NCBI GenBank assembly: GCA_028023455.1 | Contig: JAQFVV010000002.1 | Coordinates: 10,602,001-10,666,000 of the forward strand | Length of the DNA: 64,000 bases | Source of the DNA: Epiperipatus broadwayi | Taxonomy: Eukaryota > Animalia > Onychophora | Reading direction: 5' to 3' | Part shown: one piece after another, positions 24,981-38,639 of the stretch | How positions within the stretch are numbered: position 1 is the first letter of the stretch | How the letters are laid out: each line of letters starts with the position of its first letter | Notes under the pieces: generated by a model | The model's input: the letters and a program-made list of their open reading frames with translations, nothing else | Told to the model about the DNA's origin: nothing | The model's database searches: none | Program-made: the position numbers and the translations under genes

Positions 24981-26889
24981 TGGTTTAGTTTTGACTTAGT
25001 TTATTTATTTCGATTTTCATTTATGTTAATTTATGTATAAAGTGATTAAAAAACTTTAATATAAAATTTTATTTGAGGTTGGTGCTATATTTTTTCTTGT
25101 ATATATATGATGATTAGATTGTTTAATCCAACATTACTTGATGATAAGAATATATCACAAATAGTCATCTGAATGAAGATATCGCAGAACATTAGAGAGT
25201 GAACAGAAGACAAAAAGAAGTCTGATCTTGGATTCACTAAAAAAAATTCTGATTAGTTTTAGGATAGTGTTTGTAGTATTAGATTTTAATGACTTGTTTT
25301 TAAAAATATGTTACATTATAATAACAAATGCATGTTTTAATAACTGACAAAAAACAATTTAACATTAATAAATAGATGAAGTCAATAAAAAAAGTTGTCA
25401 ATTTTTGAATGTGATTACTTTTCTTTTAACTCTTCGATTGATCGCAAATCTAGTTGGGTGAGTGATTTAAAACTCTAAACTTTTGATTACAGAATCATCA
25501 ATAAAAATATATTCATCTTTTAATATTAATATTATATTCGTTTTGGTTTCGTTTGTAAAAAGTATATTAATAATTTTTCAGATTATGAAAGTGAATAAGA
25601 GTTTTTTTCAAAAATAATTTTCTATTTATTCATATAAAAATATTTTATAGTGTGAAATTTAAAAACAACGTTTCTAACCAATTAAAAAATGTTGTGTACG
25701 TCATCGACTTTCTTTCTCAATTTACGTTGTGAAATAAACTAAAGATTAGTAAAAAAATTTTTGCTAAAATCTTACTATTTTTTTTAAAATAACTATATTT
25801 TCAGCATATTTTACCCAAATACATTACAATATGTAAATAAATGTCAGAAAAATAATCTAAATTATTAATTTTGGTTTGAAAATCAAATAAAGAGCTTGGG
25901 GCAAACTGTTTGACAGGTGTGAAAATTGTTTTTAGCGATGGTTTCTTTTTCAATTTACGTTTATGTAAACATATACAATTTTTTACTAGAATCTTACTAT
26001 ATTTTATAAAAATAGTTCATAATATATAATAAAAAAACATTCGAAGATATTAATTTTCGTTTTCAAAGCCAAAACAGAAGTTGGATCGATGAAAATTAGT
26101 TTCGTTGGGCAAAAATCGAAGCAGCCAATCAGAATTTACAAAGGTGTGGCTTCTCTCTTTGTTTACACTTAGAACGCCTATATTATTGATTTTTTATTTG
26201 TAAAATAATTCAAGAGAGGGCAGCATCTTACAGTACTGTTTAAGTTTTAAAATAAGCTAAAATACCCTACCCTACAGTATCGTGAAATCTCGGGATTTAC
26301 TGCAAAGTAAAACCGTGTACGAATATTGCATTATAGATCAGTGAATGATATTCTTTATGTAATAAAAAAGATATTTCAAATACACCCCGTTTTGATCCAC
26401 ATATAAGTGATGCAAAAATTTGGATGACTACTTTAAATAATATAATTTACTTGACCAACTTATATTCAGCTTAATAAAATTAAACAACACTTCCTGTAAT
26501 CTTAAAAAATAGAAAAGGCATAATTCCTGACATGATACTTAGAGAAGTTTTAAAAACATGATGATAATACATTAGCTTCAAAACTATTGATATATATATT
26601 TCTTAAATGCATCGACCCATTGAATTATGTCTCCTGATCATACTGATGTCCTATATTATTTTAGTTTACAAAAATAAGAGATTACAGTAATTGTCATTGT
26701 TATACACTGCAGCAAAAGTAATTCCTTAGGATTTTATTAAATAGATTGTTTTTACTCACATGTGATAAGTTACCAGATTTTTAGTGGACTTTTAAAAAAA
26801 TAGTATATTCATAGTTTTTTTTTTTGCTAAACAATTGCAAAAAAAATCTTTTGAGCAAAAGCATGACTTATATATTACTACATTAATAA

Positions 26890-27720
26890 ATTTTGTAGGC
26901 ATTTGACAGATAATTGAAAAGTTAAAAATATTCAGAATTACTTGTTTGTTCATGTACATTTAATCACATACAACTACATGATGATGATGATGAAATATCT
27001 GATATACTTGAATAAAAAGCTGTTAATCTGGAAAGTACTTATTTTCCATTTCTATGACAATGATCTTTGGAAATCTATAATAATTTCATGAAGCAGGCAG
27101 ACATCAAAGGATAATAGAGGACTGATGATGGAATTTTTAATTTGAATTGGCTAAAAACAAAAATTTGTTTTTTAGTTTTATAACATGTTGGTGATTGTGC
27201 TATTCTTATCAATTCAAAAGATGATCTATAGAGTATTTTAGTTATCTGAATACAATCTGTAATAATTTGGTTTACTAATTATAGTTAAAAATAGTGCCCT
27301 ATTAGTTGATTATGGATAAAAAGAATCTTCTGAAACTTTCAGCTTAAATGGACTTCAATTTAAGAGTGTGGATCAGTTTAAATAGCTTTATAACTTTTTA
27401 GACAAAATAATGGACTTGATTATTGAGATGCAATAGACTCCATTGGACTGCTGTTGCATTAAAACTTAAAAAATTGCTACTTCATTATTGGTATGTAAGT
27501 AATTCAACTGATGACATAATACACAAACTGTCTATCATCATATAAACTATGTTGAAAATTTTCCATTTACAAGTGCTCTCTAATATATTGAAAATATTAT
27601 TTCAAGATTGAAAGATCAATTTTTATGTCTTTCAGCTATCTGGATATGATGGTGTTCAAACTCTTATTGTAAGATAACCTGTAGATTGGACAGTAATTGA
27701 ACAGTGGCAAATGGAGTTTT
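26890..27720 (+). mobile_element. Decayed RTE-BovB-like RT fragment
   Basis: Translated pieces RTDDGIFNLNWLKTKI (~27118), HVGDCAILINSKDDL, a CNN-FGL-like remnant and KSVDQFK follow the motif order of BovB-type RTE reverse transcriptases. Confidence 0.6.
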
Positions 27721-28258
27721 TTTTTCAAAAAAAAATACAGTGAACTTAAGTATGATTTCATACTCTTGAAAGACTGTTTATTTTATGAAAATTATCTTGA
27801 AGATATTCTACAAACTTGTAATATTAATTGCTTTCATTACAAGAATATGGCGGAGGGTAATGGAGAGCTACATTTAATTAAATCCTTAAAGTCTTTTTTA
27901 AAAAAAGTTTGCTGACCAAAAAATTAAAAAAAAAGCATTTCAAAATATCAATTTAACACATTTTGTAAACATTGTATGATATATGTGGATGCACTTGTGG
28001 TTGGTTTGTATAGTCATTAAAAGTGACATTTAACTTTTTATCTTATAATAATGATGAAAAAAGATAAAAATAAATTATAATATTTCACAAATAAATGTTA
28101 ACTATTTGGGCATTTTAAGGATTATATGTAAGTTAGCAAATTGCAGTAATTACTTCAATAATTTTAATTCATTTTTTTTATAAAATCATAATTAATTATG
28201 TAATTTTCATAGAAGTCAGAGTCAAAAGCAGGTTACTTTATTAAAAGTTTTATTACAG

Positions 28259-28419
28259 AAATCCAGAATCAAATAATTTTCATCAGCATGATATTGAAGA
28301 ATGGAAAAATATTTGTAATTCTCTTCAAGAATTGCTTCAGTTTTCAGCAACCAATGCATATGAAGAGGGACTCATTAATCAAGTTCATACAAGTGGGCAG
28401 CAAAAATACTTTATATCAG
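28259..28419 (+). CDS. Exon C of the NWD1/NWD2-like gene (RNPESNNFHQHDIEEWKNICNSLQELLQFSATNAYEEGLINQVHTSGQQKYFIS)
   Basis: tttattacag acceptor, gtgtgt donor, 161-nt open frame. Phase 2 in and phase 1 out match the flanking exons. Contains W..I...LQ.LL...A......GLI and KYF.S motifs typical of this family. Confidence 0.85.
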
Positions 28420-28474
28420 GTGTGTAAAGTTGTGATTATTTATTAAATGCATAGGAAGTATGTAAATACTTTAA

Positions 28475-28924
28475 AGAAAGGCTTTAACCTTTATCATATG
28501 CACCTTAAGTGTTTATAATAGTTAAACAATGTCTCGTTTTTACTATAGAGGGACCTCTCAAACTTTGACACAAGATAGTGAGTTTATAAAGATAAGAATG
28601 ACCTGGACCTTTCAAACCTCAATACAAATATCTTTACCAAGATAAGAATGGTCATCTTATCTATTCCTATTTATATAGGCCAATCTGAAGGAAATAGTGG
28701 AACTTAAAATGAGAAGGGATTAACAGCTTCATTCTCTCAAATCAAAATGCTTCAAATTGGCCTATATAAGTAGGAAGTTAGATTAAAGATAAGATAGCTG
28801 CTGTTATCTTTATAAAGTCTCTATCTTGTGGCAAGGTTTGAAATGTCCCTTTATAGTAAAAAAAAGACATTGTTTGACTATTATAAACATTTAAGATGCA
28901 TATGATAATGGTTAAAGTCTTTCT
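28475..28924. mobile_element. Fold-back/MITE-like element with long imperfect inverted repeats
   Basis: agaaaggctttaacctttatcatatgcaccttaagtgtttataatagttaaacaatgtc... is inverted to ...gacattgtttgactattataaacatttaagatgcatatgataatggttaaagtctttct. An inner inverted pair reads cctatttatataggccaat / attggcctatataagtagg. Confidence 0.7.
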
Positions 28925-29357
28925 CCACAGAATTATTAGGTGTATAGATTATTTGTTTTTAATAATATTTTTATTATTTATTTTTTTTATTTGTTTTTAC
29001 ATTTTCTTACAACAAAATTTTGCATATCAAATTGAACACTGCCAATCTACTAGAGTAGAAATTTAGTTTGCTATATTTGATGTGATCTCAATTGATCTCT
29101 GAACAACTGAAGCTGTTAGGTTTGATTGACACAACATGGATCCGGCAAGAAGATAATTGATGTTTAATCAAACATTGCCATATAAAAGACCATAAATTTT
29201 TATAAATTTCAATAGAGGATGGAAGTAAAACAATTTAATATACAATTTATATATATATAATTTGACCAGTTTTATATAAAATTGATAATAGATAACTTAA
29301 ATTTAATAAAATTTATTTATGTGATCAGATTAATTTTCATTCTTTATAGAAACTTTT

Positions 29358-29485
29358 TCAAGATGTCTATTATTAATTATATATATATATATATTATTAT
29401 TATTATATGTTTTATAATGTAAACAAAGATGTCTATTATTAATTATATATATTATTATTATTATTATATATTTTATAATGTAAAC
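29358..29485. repeat. Tandem duplication (~65 bp x2) with AT/ATT microsatellite core
   Basis: aagatgtctattattaattatatata...attattattatat.ttttataatgtaaa occurs twice. Confidence 0.75.
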
Positions 29486-29682
29486 AACAACACTGATAAT
29501 TTAATGCCTAAAATCATCTGAAATTCTATATATAACTAATCATGTTCACAATGAAATGTAAATTAGCATAATTAAGATATTTAAGCTTTATTTTTGTTGT
29601 CTACTATAAAATTAAAATAAGATATAAACACACAGAGTGATAGTTTTAAAATTTCTACTTTAAATTTTACAATTTAATAATA

Positions 29683-30092
29683 ATCTGAGACTTGGACACT
29701 TAATAGAAGAGCAATACAGAGACTTCAGACTACTCAAAGAAGTATGGAGAGATGCATGTTGGGAATAACAAGAAGAGATCGAAAATGCAATATATGGGTA
29801 AGAGAACAAATAGATGTTACTGACCTCATTGAAATATTAAAAGACTGAAGTGGAGTTGGGATGGACATATTGCTAGAAGAGATGATAATAGATGGACAAC
29901 TGAAATCTTAAACTGGATTCCAAGAGATTGTAAAAGACCCAGAAAGAGACCACATGTGAGATGGATGGATGAAATAAGAAAGTGTGCAGGGGTGATGTGG
30001 AAAAGAGAAGCTAAAGATCGGAAAAGATGGATTGAACTTGGAGAGACCTTCATTCTGCAATGGATTGATAATGGTTGATGATGATGATGATA
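29683..30092 (+). mobile_element. RTE LINE 3' end with (GAT)n tail
   Basis: Translates to ETWTLNRRAIQRLQTTQRSMERCMLGITRRDRK...LKWSWDGHIARRDDNRWTTEILNWIPR...W.DE. Ends ataatggttgatgatgatgatgataac. Confidence 0.9.
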
Positions 30093-31049
30093 ACACACAT
30101 AAAAAATATTTTCTTAATTTATTTAAGTTTAAAATATGTATTAATCACACAACTATTTGAGACATTGTTCATTGACTGATGTAATAAGTCTATAATTCTG
30201 ATCAATAAAATAAAACAATATAAATTATTTATAAGATTTTGCTCAACAGCTGGTCGATATTTTATTACATAATAGATTCTTATAAATATGTCATGCATTA
30301 TATTACTTGGATTATTATTAGGATGTTAAATAGATTTATACTTTTTTGTTGATAAATACCAAAGTTACAATAGACTTATTAAGTTTGATAAACAATACTT
30401 CACAGATACATGTAATCAAAATAATTCTACAACTTAAAAAAAACAGGAAAATATTTTGTTTTATATATATTTAAATATTAGAAATGATATGAATTTTTCT
30501 CTATTTTTATAAATAATCTTCAGCTATTAAGTGAGGAAGAAAAATACTAATGAAAAATAAGCATTGCAAATTGAAATTGTCATCTTGGTAAAATTATGTA
30601 TAAAAATATGCAGAGAATTCCCTCCCATTACATTATTAACTTTTAAAGCTATGAAATTTATAAAAAAGTTCCATATATATATATTGCATGCACACATACA
30701 CACATTCACTCTGCCTTCAAGAAAACTCAACTGATTACATTTAAGAGATGACAGGCAACTGAGAAGAAAGAGCAAGGTATTTCTTAATCTTAAAATCAGA
30801 GGTAAAATGTCAATAAACTCACCATGCTGACTAAACCGTGTTGGTGAGCAGCTCATCCATGTTCATATACTATATGAATAATTACATAGTAATAACAGTT
30901 GCAATGACTAGAATGTATGGAGTGGACATTAGGAATTTGCCAAACTTTCAAGAGGAATAAAATGATCTTCTTTCAGTTAATAGCAAATTTCTTTCTTCAG
31001 ACAAAACACATGGCTTTATTTCTTAAGAGTTCATAAGAATTTTAAGCAC

Positions 31050-34000
31050 CAGAAGCAATCCTGGAACTTCCTGATTCCAAGTTCGATACTTTACTAACTG
31101 TGCTAAACTACAAAAATTAGAAGAACTATCTCATATTAAATGAGGCATATTGGACTTTGTAAAGTTAGAAGAAAAGGTGAAAAGACAATTGATTTAATGA
31201 ATGGACATATATTGTATTACAATAACACAAACATTGGAAGTACAAGTGGAATAGGATTCATTATAAATAAAAAGTGGAAGACCAACATTGTAGAGATTGA
31301 TGGTGTATCAGAAAGAGTGGCAAGATTAGTAATTCAACTTAATAGCAGATATCGACTGCAGATAATTCAGATTTATGCCTCAAAAGTTTTTATGGTGGTG
31401 AAGAAATAGAGTATTATTATATGGTTGTACAAAGGCTTTTGATCAAACAAAACAACATTTTAAAATTGTCATGGGAAACTTTAATGCTAGAATTGGTAAA
31501 CAATTGAAAGATAAAAATGCCGTAGGAAAATTTAGTTATAGTGATAGATATTAGGATCATATATTTATGGAGTTTGCAGAAAATAAAAAACTTTATAATA
31601 TGAATTATTTTTTTGAGAAAAATTGAAATGGACATGTAAACATCTAAATGAAAATACAGCAAAATTGGATTGTTTTAACTAACAAAAATTACATATTTCA
31701 AGATTGTAATGTTTGTAATAAATTTAACCCAGGAAGTGATCATCGATTAGTAAGATGTAAGATACATGTTAATGCAAAACTAGAGACAAAGGGTATTAAG
31801 AAAAATAATATTCACAGTTGATATTCCTAATCTTTAGAAACATTTCAATGAATTTAAATTAGAACTTGCAAATCGTTTTCAAATATTAACAGATTTTGAA
31901 CATGATTTAGATTTGAATGAAGATAATAGGAAGATAAGTGATAGACTTTTACTAACTGCAACAAAGATAGATGGCACACAAAATTTGCAACTGACCAGGA
32001 AAATTTTTATTGAACTAAGACAATTTATGAAGAAAACAAGGCATATAAAAATATATAAAAATGATACATTTAAAAAGATTAAATATCTCAAATTTGGTAA
32101 AATGGTGTGTGCTGGGTATTTGTAAATTAGTGAATTGAAATATGTACCTGTGTCATTATTCTAGTAAATAAATTTAAAGATGATGCTGCAGTCAGTTCTC
32201 GCTCCTGAAAGAGATGCTTGGTAAACTGATGAGGATAAAAGAGTGCAGAATTCTATTCTCTCTCTCTCTCTCAGTCCAGGATTTTCCAGTACAAAGCTTT
32301 TACAAAATGTGTTGGAATACTTAATAGGATTCCATGAGAAAGCCATAAATAAAAAATGGCTGAAGTGATTAAAATTGTAAAGGTCAAACACATACGGGTA
32401 AACTTTTGAACTTTATAGCATTACACAAGATTTATTGTATTTGCTTTATCAACTAATATGTAAAATATTTGTGTTTTTATACTGTTTAAATATAAATTAA
32501 AATTATATAAAATGTCAAGTGTATACTCATTTTATTTCTTATGCTATCTGACTGGTTTTCTGAAAAATAGAAACCCTCAGACATAGCAGTGTGAAAAATA
32601 CTTGATAATGAACATATAATCATGAACTAGCAAAGAAGGCTGTGGAAAAGAATAAAAGTCTCAAGATTGTAAAACAACATATTGGTATTGGTAGGAAATT
32701 TCTCCAATAAGAAAAAAAGATGGAAGTATTGCTAAAGGGTGAGCTGATATGAAATGTATAGAAGAGTTCTATTAAGAATTATATAGCAATAAAGAACTAG
32801 GAAAAGTATTTTCTACAACTATTATATTTTCTGAATTGCCCAGGATTTTAAATGAAGTAATGAAACATGTAATTAAATTGATGGGGAAGAAAGGTCCAGA
32901 TAATGATGGAATTTTAATCGATATCTTAAAAAAATCAGGAGAAAAATAAAAAAAAGTTTGGTAAACTTATATACTAAATGTCCAAATAATAAAAATGTAC
33001 CAGATGATTGGAAGAATGCAGTATTAATATTGAAATATTTAAAAAAGGTGATAAAGAAGATATTACAAATTTCAGACCTATCAGTCTTTCATCAATTCTA
33101 TCCAAAAATTTTAGCAAAATAATTATACCTCATCTACAATGAACTTTGAATTTTAACCAAACAAATGAATAAGTTGGATTTCAAAATGATTTTAGTACAG
33201 TAGATTATATCCAAGTATTGAGAGGTCTTATAGAAAGAATCAATAAATATGCATTGCCATTATGCTTTAGATTTGTAAATTATAAAAAGGCATTTGATTC
33301 TATAAGCATTTCTTCAGTGATTAAATCATTGGATCATCAAGGTATAGACCAGGATATTGTCATATTCTGAAGAATATTTATAAAAATGTAACAGCAACAA
33401 TTATATTACATAATGATAATAAAAAGATTAATACATTGAAAAGGGTGTACCACAGGGTGACTCCATATCTCCAAAACTTTTTGCAGCAATAACACTTTTT
33501 GCTGCAATTTTGCAAGAAGTATTTTATGGATTAAAGATGGAAAGTTAAGGGAATAAAAGTAAATGGAGAAATTTTCCAGATGATCGAGTTCTTTTTGAAA
33601 ATAATACTTTGGAGCTTCAGAGTTATCAGATGAAAATAAAAAGTATGACTAAAGTAATGTTCAATGGATTTTTTCAAAAGAAGGAAATAAAGATTGACAA
33701 TGATGAATTAGAAAAAGTTAGCAACTATAAATATCTTGGTCAGATTATTATTATAGATGGAAGCATAATGGATGAAATTAATCATAGATTTAATTGGGTT
33801 GGATTGCTTTTGGTAGAAATAATTTAATATTAAAAGAAAATATGCCTATGTATTTGAAACAGAAGGTCTTTAATAAATATGTGTTACCAGATCTTACTTA
33901 TGGATCCGAGACTTGAACACTTAACAGAAGAGCAATATTTGATTTTAGACCATTCAATGAAATGTAAAGATGTATGTTAGGAATAACAAGAAGAGATTGA

Positions 34001-34250
34001 AAATGAAATATATGGGTGAGAGAACAAATATTGTTAGCTGAGATGATCATAGATGGACAATTGAAATCTTAAACTGGGTTTAAAGAGACTGTAAAAACCT
34101 TGAAAGAGATCACATATGAAATGCACAGATGAAATAAGGAAATGTGGTGGAGTAATGTGAAAAAAAATAGGTTACAGATCAAAAGAGATGCATTGATCTT
34201 GGAGAGGCATTCATCCTGAAATGGATTAATAATAGTTGAAAATAATGATG
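31050..34250 (+). mobile_element. Near full-length decayed RTE LINE (APE endonuclease plus RT)
   Basis: APE pieces IGLCKVRRKG, GIGFIINKKW, ERVARL, IIQIYA, MGNFNARIG and GSDHRL. RT pieces GPDNDG, FRPISL, DYKKAFDSI-like and GVPQGDSISPKLF. The 3' end is homologous to 29683-30092. Interrupted at 32110-32588. Confidence 0.9.
32110..32588. mobile_element. Solo LTR (479 bp, TG...CA) inserted in the RTE
   Basis: 5-bp TSD gtgtg at 32105-32109 and 32589-32593; termini TGCT...AGCA. Removing the insert rejoins RTE-like sequence (KMV...HNHELAKKAVEKNKSLK-like). No second LTR copy in the window. Confidence 0.8.
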
Positions 34251-35093
34251 GCAATATATATATAATGCATACATACAATTACTGTTGAATTATGAAAAAG
34301 AGAGGGAGTATTTAAACTGCAGACTTTGTATGACTAAGTTCATTTGAACTTTTCAGAAGTTAATTAGAATACAAAATTAAAGATTTTAATTTGTGATATA
34401 TGTACTCAGATAACATGACAACAACCCAAACATAAATAAACCATACAATCTACAATTTGTTGTCATGGCAACTTCTACAGATAAAAAATAAATTTCCTTA
34501 TTCAGTGAAGTCATGAACTATGCTATATCTAACTATATGATTTCAATTATATGCTATACAAAGGAAAATATAAACAGACAAACAAAAATGTATATAAACA
34601 AAAAAAACTTTAAAATTTGCAGTTTTTATGATATTTGAGCAGTCATTTTTCTATCTCAGAGCACCATATATGATGTATATTAATAAAATTTCTTAGGTTT
34701 ATGTTGGAAACACATACATTTTATTTATTTATTTATTATTCTTTCCAAAGGTGATGTGCAGAATTTTGAATAATATATTTACTGAATGTAGTGCTAAATC
34801 TTTTACTGAATTTTAAAAAATTGAATCAATTGAAGAGATCCTAATTTCATGATAACAAGATCACTATTACATTTTTGTAAGAGAAAAAAGTTATTGGAAA
34901 ATAAGATTATCAACTAAAGCATATTTAATAGTGATGAAAGTCGGACATTTCATGATTTACTTTATTTTAAAAAAAAAAATACAGTTTTTTTGTTATTTGT
35001 TTTGTTTCAGTGAATGCTTGAATCAATACATACTTAGTAATATATAAAATAATCCCAGTGCATAATGCTATATTGAAATAAATATACAAATAT

Positions 35094-35327
35094 TAAGCAT
35101 TAAATCACCCCACATGGTTAAGAAACACAGTACCGCCCTCTGTGAACTAATATTTAAATACATTAGAGTTCGTATTTCAAAATAGCCAGATCAAAATTCC
35201 AAAATAGCCAGATCAAAATAATCATTTTGATCTGGCTATTTTGAAATACGAACTCTAATGTATTTAAATATTAGTTCACAGAGGGTGGTACTGGATATCT
35301 TAACCATGTGGGGTGATTTAATGCTTA
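35094..35327. repeat. Near-perfect fold-back palindrome with an internal ~21-bp direct duplication
   Basis: taagcattaaatcaccccacatggttaag...aatagccagatcaaaat is inverted to attttgatctggctatt...cttaaccatgtggggtgatttaatgctta. Confidence 0.85.
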
Positions 35328-38300
35328 GTAATATATATATAAATGTGTCTTCTCAATTTATTATTAATAACTATATTTTTTTTTAAATTTTATTTGTATT
35401 GTAATCTTAATTTATATATGCATGTTATACATGTAAAGAGACGTCTGTGTTATATATGTATATATATATAGTACAAGAGTGTTGCAGTTTGATAATATTT
35501 AAAAGCTAAAAAAAATTAGGAATAGTTCAATAAAGACAATTTAGTTTTCTTTTCTTTTTTTGTTGGTGTAATTATTTTTATAACTGTACAATGAAAGTTA
35601 TTTGTGTGCTTTATATTATATGTATATTTAAAATAAAGTTAAAATTGGAAGAAATACATGCAGATTGTTAATCCAAATAAACAAAATAAAGAAATTCTAA
35701 ATGCAAGTGATTACAATCAGAGCAATATTCTTTTACTGATAATTAAATATGGCACCGAAGGGATTTATAGCAAAAAACTTTGTAGCTAGAATTATTTAAT
35801 TTGTAATCTGATAAGAAAACAAAAGATGAAAATATAATATGTGCAGCGATTTCAAACTCCGTCATGGTTCTAAAAAAAGTGGACATTTTTGGAGATAGGT
35901 TCTTTTCTTTTTGCTTGCTGTTGTCTTATGTATTGCATAGAGTGAAAGGACAAGGAAGACAAATTACTGTCTTTTGTCTCGAAGCAAAAATGCCTCCATC
36001 CAGGACTACTAATATGCTGAACCAATTTGTCATGAATAAGTAAACCATAACATTCGCTGACACCTTGTCTTAGAAAAAGTCACCCAAAAGCTTCATATCT
36101 AGCCATGTCACCAGAATGAAATCAAAATTAACTACTATGGAACCCTTTCTAAAAGGACCATGCATGGTATAATCAACAATTCACATAACTCCGAGAACTT
36201 CCAAAGATATTAGTCATACAATAACTCATGAACTGTTTGAATTAGTTGATTAGCATTATTATCTGAATGTGTGTAAATGCATGTTCCTTCAATTTTATTA
36301 ATAATTCATAATTATTATCTAATATTTTATCATTAATATAATCCTTTCATTGTACAGACTTAATTTTAGTTTGTTAGACTTTACTAATAAAAAAATGTTT
36401 CGAGAAATTTATAAATTACCTATGCCAACATGCGCCTTTAATAGTCAAATCCTGAGGAAAATTAATATAAAAGATTAAGTGATGAGAGAGTAAAATCCTG
36501 ATAATATTACATTTAGTTACTTGAATAAGATCAATAAAAAGGATGTGATGTTACGTGAATCAGTGAGTCTACAGATCCTGGAACCTTCTTAAACAAATAA
36601 AATTTTAAGTTTTTGATACAGTAGAAGAAAAATTACAGCTCTTTTTTTGTCACTAATATAGCAATAACTTTCATTTTATAATTTAAGGGAAAATAGACAC
36701 TTTATTAATTTTATTAAATTTCATAAAACATTTAGCTTTATATTTAGAAAACATTTATTATATAAAATTTTGTATACTTTAAATTCAGAAAAGATAATAA
36801 AGTGAAAAATAAGATGTATATACTTTAAATGTAATCTAGAGAAACATTACTAGTAAATGAACATGCATTCAGTGCTCTCAAATAAAAAAAAATGGGTGCT
36901 GCCATATCATAAAATTTATTACAGTTATACATTTTAACATTTTATTTTTTTATTTATTTACATTTTTTTTAATAGTATATAACTCAAGTAGTACATATTG
37001 ATAATATACACAGTAGAATCATGAACTGTTCTGTATCTAACTATGCAACTTCATTTATATGCTATCCAAAGAAAAATGTAAACAAACAAACAAAAAACAC
37101 TAATATTTGCAAATTTTATAATATTCAAGCAGCCATTTTTCCCCTCTGAGGCAGTAAACATTTACGTATATTAATAAAATTTCTTCAGTTTATGATGAAA
37201 GCACATACATTTTATACTTCCATTATTATTTTTTCTGATTTTAAGGTGCAATATTTTGTGTAATACATTTTTTTCTGAGAATAATGCTAAAAGTTTTACA
37301 AAATTTTAGATCACATTTAAAATTAATACTCATTTAAATTATTAAAATAATTAAAGGAATCATAATTTTTTGATAAAGAGATTGACCTATTATGTTTCTA
37401 TAAAAGAAAAAGTTATTGAAAAAAAAAGAATATCAATGAGAATGTATTCAATAGGATTAAAGTCAGACATTTTGCTATTCATTTTAAAAATAAAATTACA
37501 GTGGTTAGTTTTGCCTTTATTCTTATTGCTTCAGTGGCTGTATTGGATGTCTAAGTGAACACACATTCAGTAAATATATACATAAATATGTCTTTTAATT
37601 TTATATTAATAATTATACTAAAGCTAAAACTTTAGTATTACGTGCTGACATTGCGCTTAATAAGAATTAATATTTATTAATAATTATAGTATTATTTTTT
37701 AAAATTGTGTTTATATAAATTTATAAAAAAAGCATCCTTGATATTGTAACGAACGTCTGTGATTTTTGACTTACGTATCTGCCTACTTTATAAATTTTTC
37801 TAGGTTCAAATGCCTAGATGGCGCCCTGTAGTGCAGTTTACGTAAGTTTACATTCTCCGGATCATTACAATATATATTATACTGGACAGCCTGAACCTAA
37901 TATACTTCAACAGAGGGCATCACTAAATCACTAGCCTAGAATATTTATAATTTGTTAATATGGATATTTATTAGAAGTTCCTATTACAGCTGTCCCAAAT
38001 ATGCTAGATCATGGAGGGTAGAGATTCTTGTTAACAAAACAATTAGCAGAGCATCCATCAGTAAAAAAATGCCAGACAAATCTAACAATTAACAACAATG
38101 TTTATTAATCATGAAATAATACTAAAATATAAAAAAAATTACATTAATGGTTGTTTAATTTCTGATTATACTAATCTAGTCATTTGATGCAATTTAATAG
38201 AATAATTCAATTTTGGAGGTTATGCATTTTTTACAAAGTAATCTTTTATAAAATATATTATTGTATAAATTAAGAAACTTTCTATTATTAACAGTCATGT

Positions 38301-38595
38301 TGAAATTATGTATAATAAATTTGCTGCACATTTGGATGGCCATTGGGGTTAATTATGGGCCAACAATTGTGAAAGAAAAATCCTAAAATTTATTTGATTA
38401 AGATTTAGATTTAAATTATTGACATTATAGCAGAAACACTAAATATTTGTTACATATTTGTCAGTGGTATCAAATTTTATTATTATATATTTACAATTAA
38501 AGTATTTGAACACAGATTTTCATGCTCCATTCAGCAATCCACTCCATCTTCTATAATATATACATGACCTATACATGTGAAAAAGATAAATTATC

Positions 38596-38639
38596 TCCAA
38601 TATATGTATTTTATGCTGAACCAGAACTCATCAGTTGGA
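38596..38639 (-). ncRNA. Hammerhead motif, family 3 (G12 lost)
   Basis: Minus strand reads UCCAA CUGAUGA GUUCUG GUU CAGCAU AAAA UACAUAUA UUGGA, with perfect stem I UCCAA/UUGGA. Confidence 0.65.

Noticed and set aside
28213-28231. 19-nt micro-exon candidate (ttttcatag ... cag/gttact) just before exon C
   Set aside because: Inclusion shifts the frame and gives a stop within exon C.
32226-32260. CUGAUGA inside the solo LTR
   Set aside because: No stem II, GAAA or stem I partner follows.
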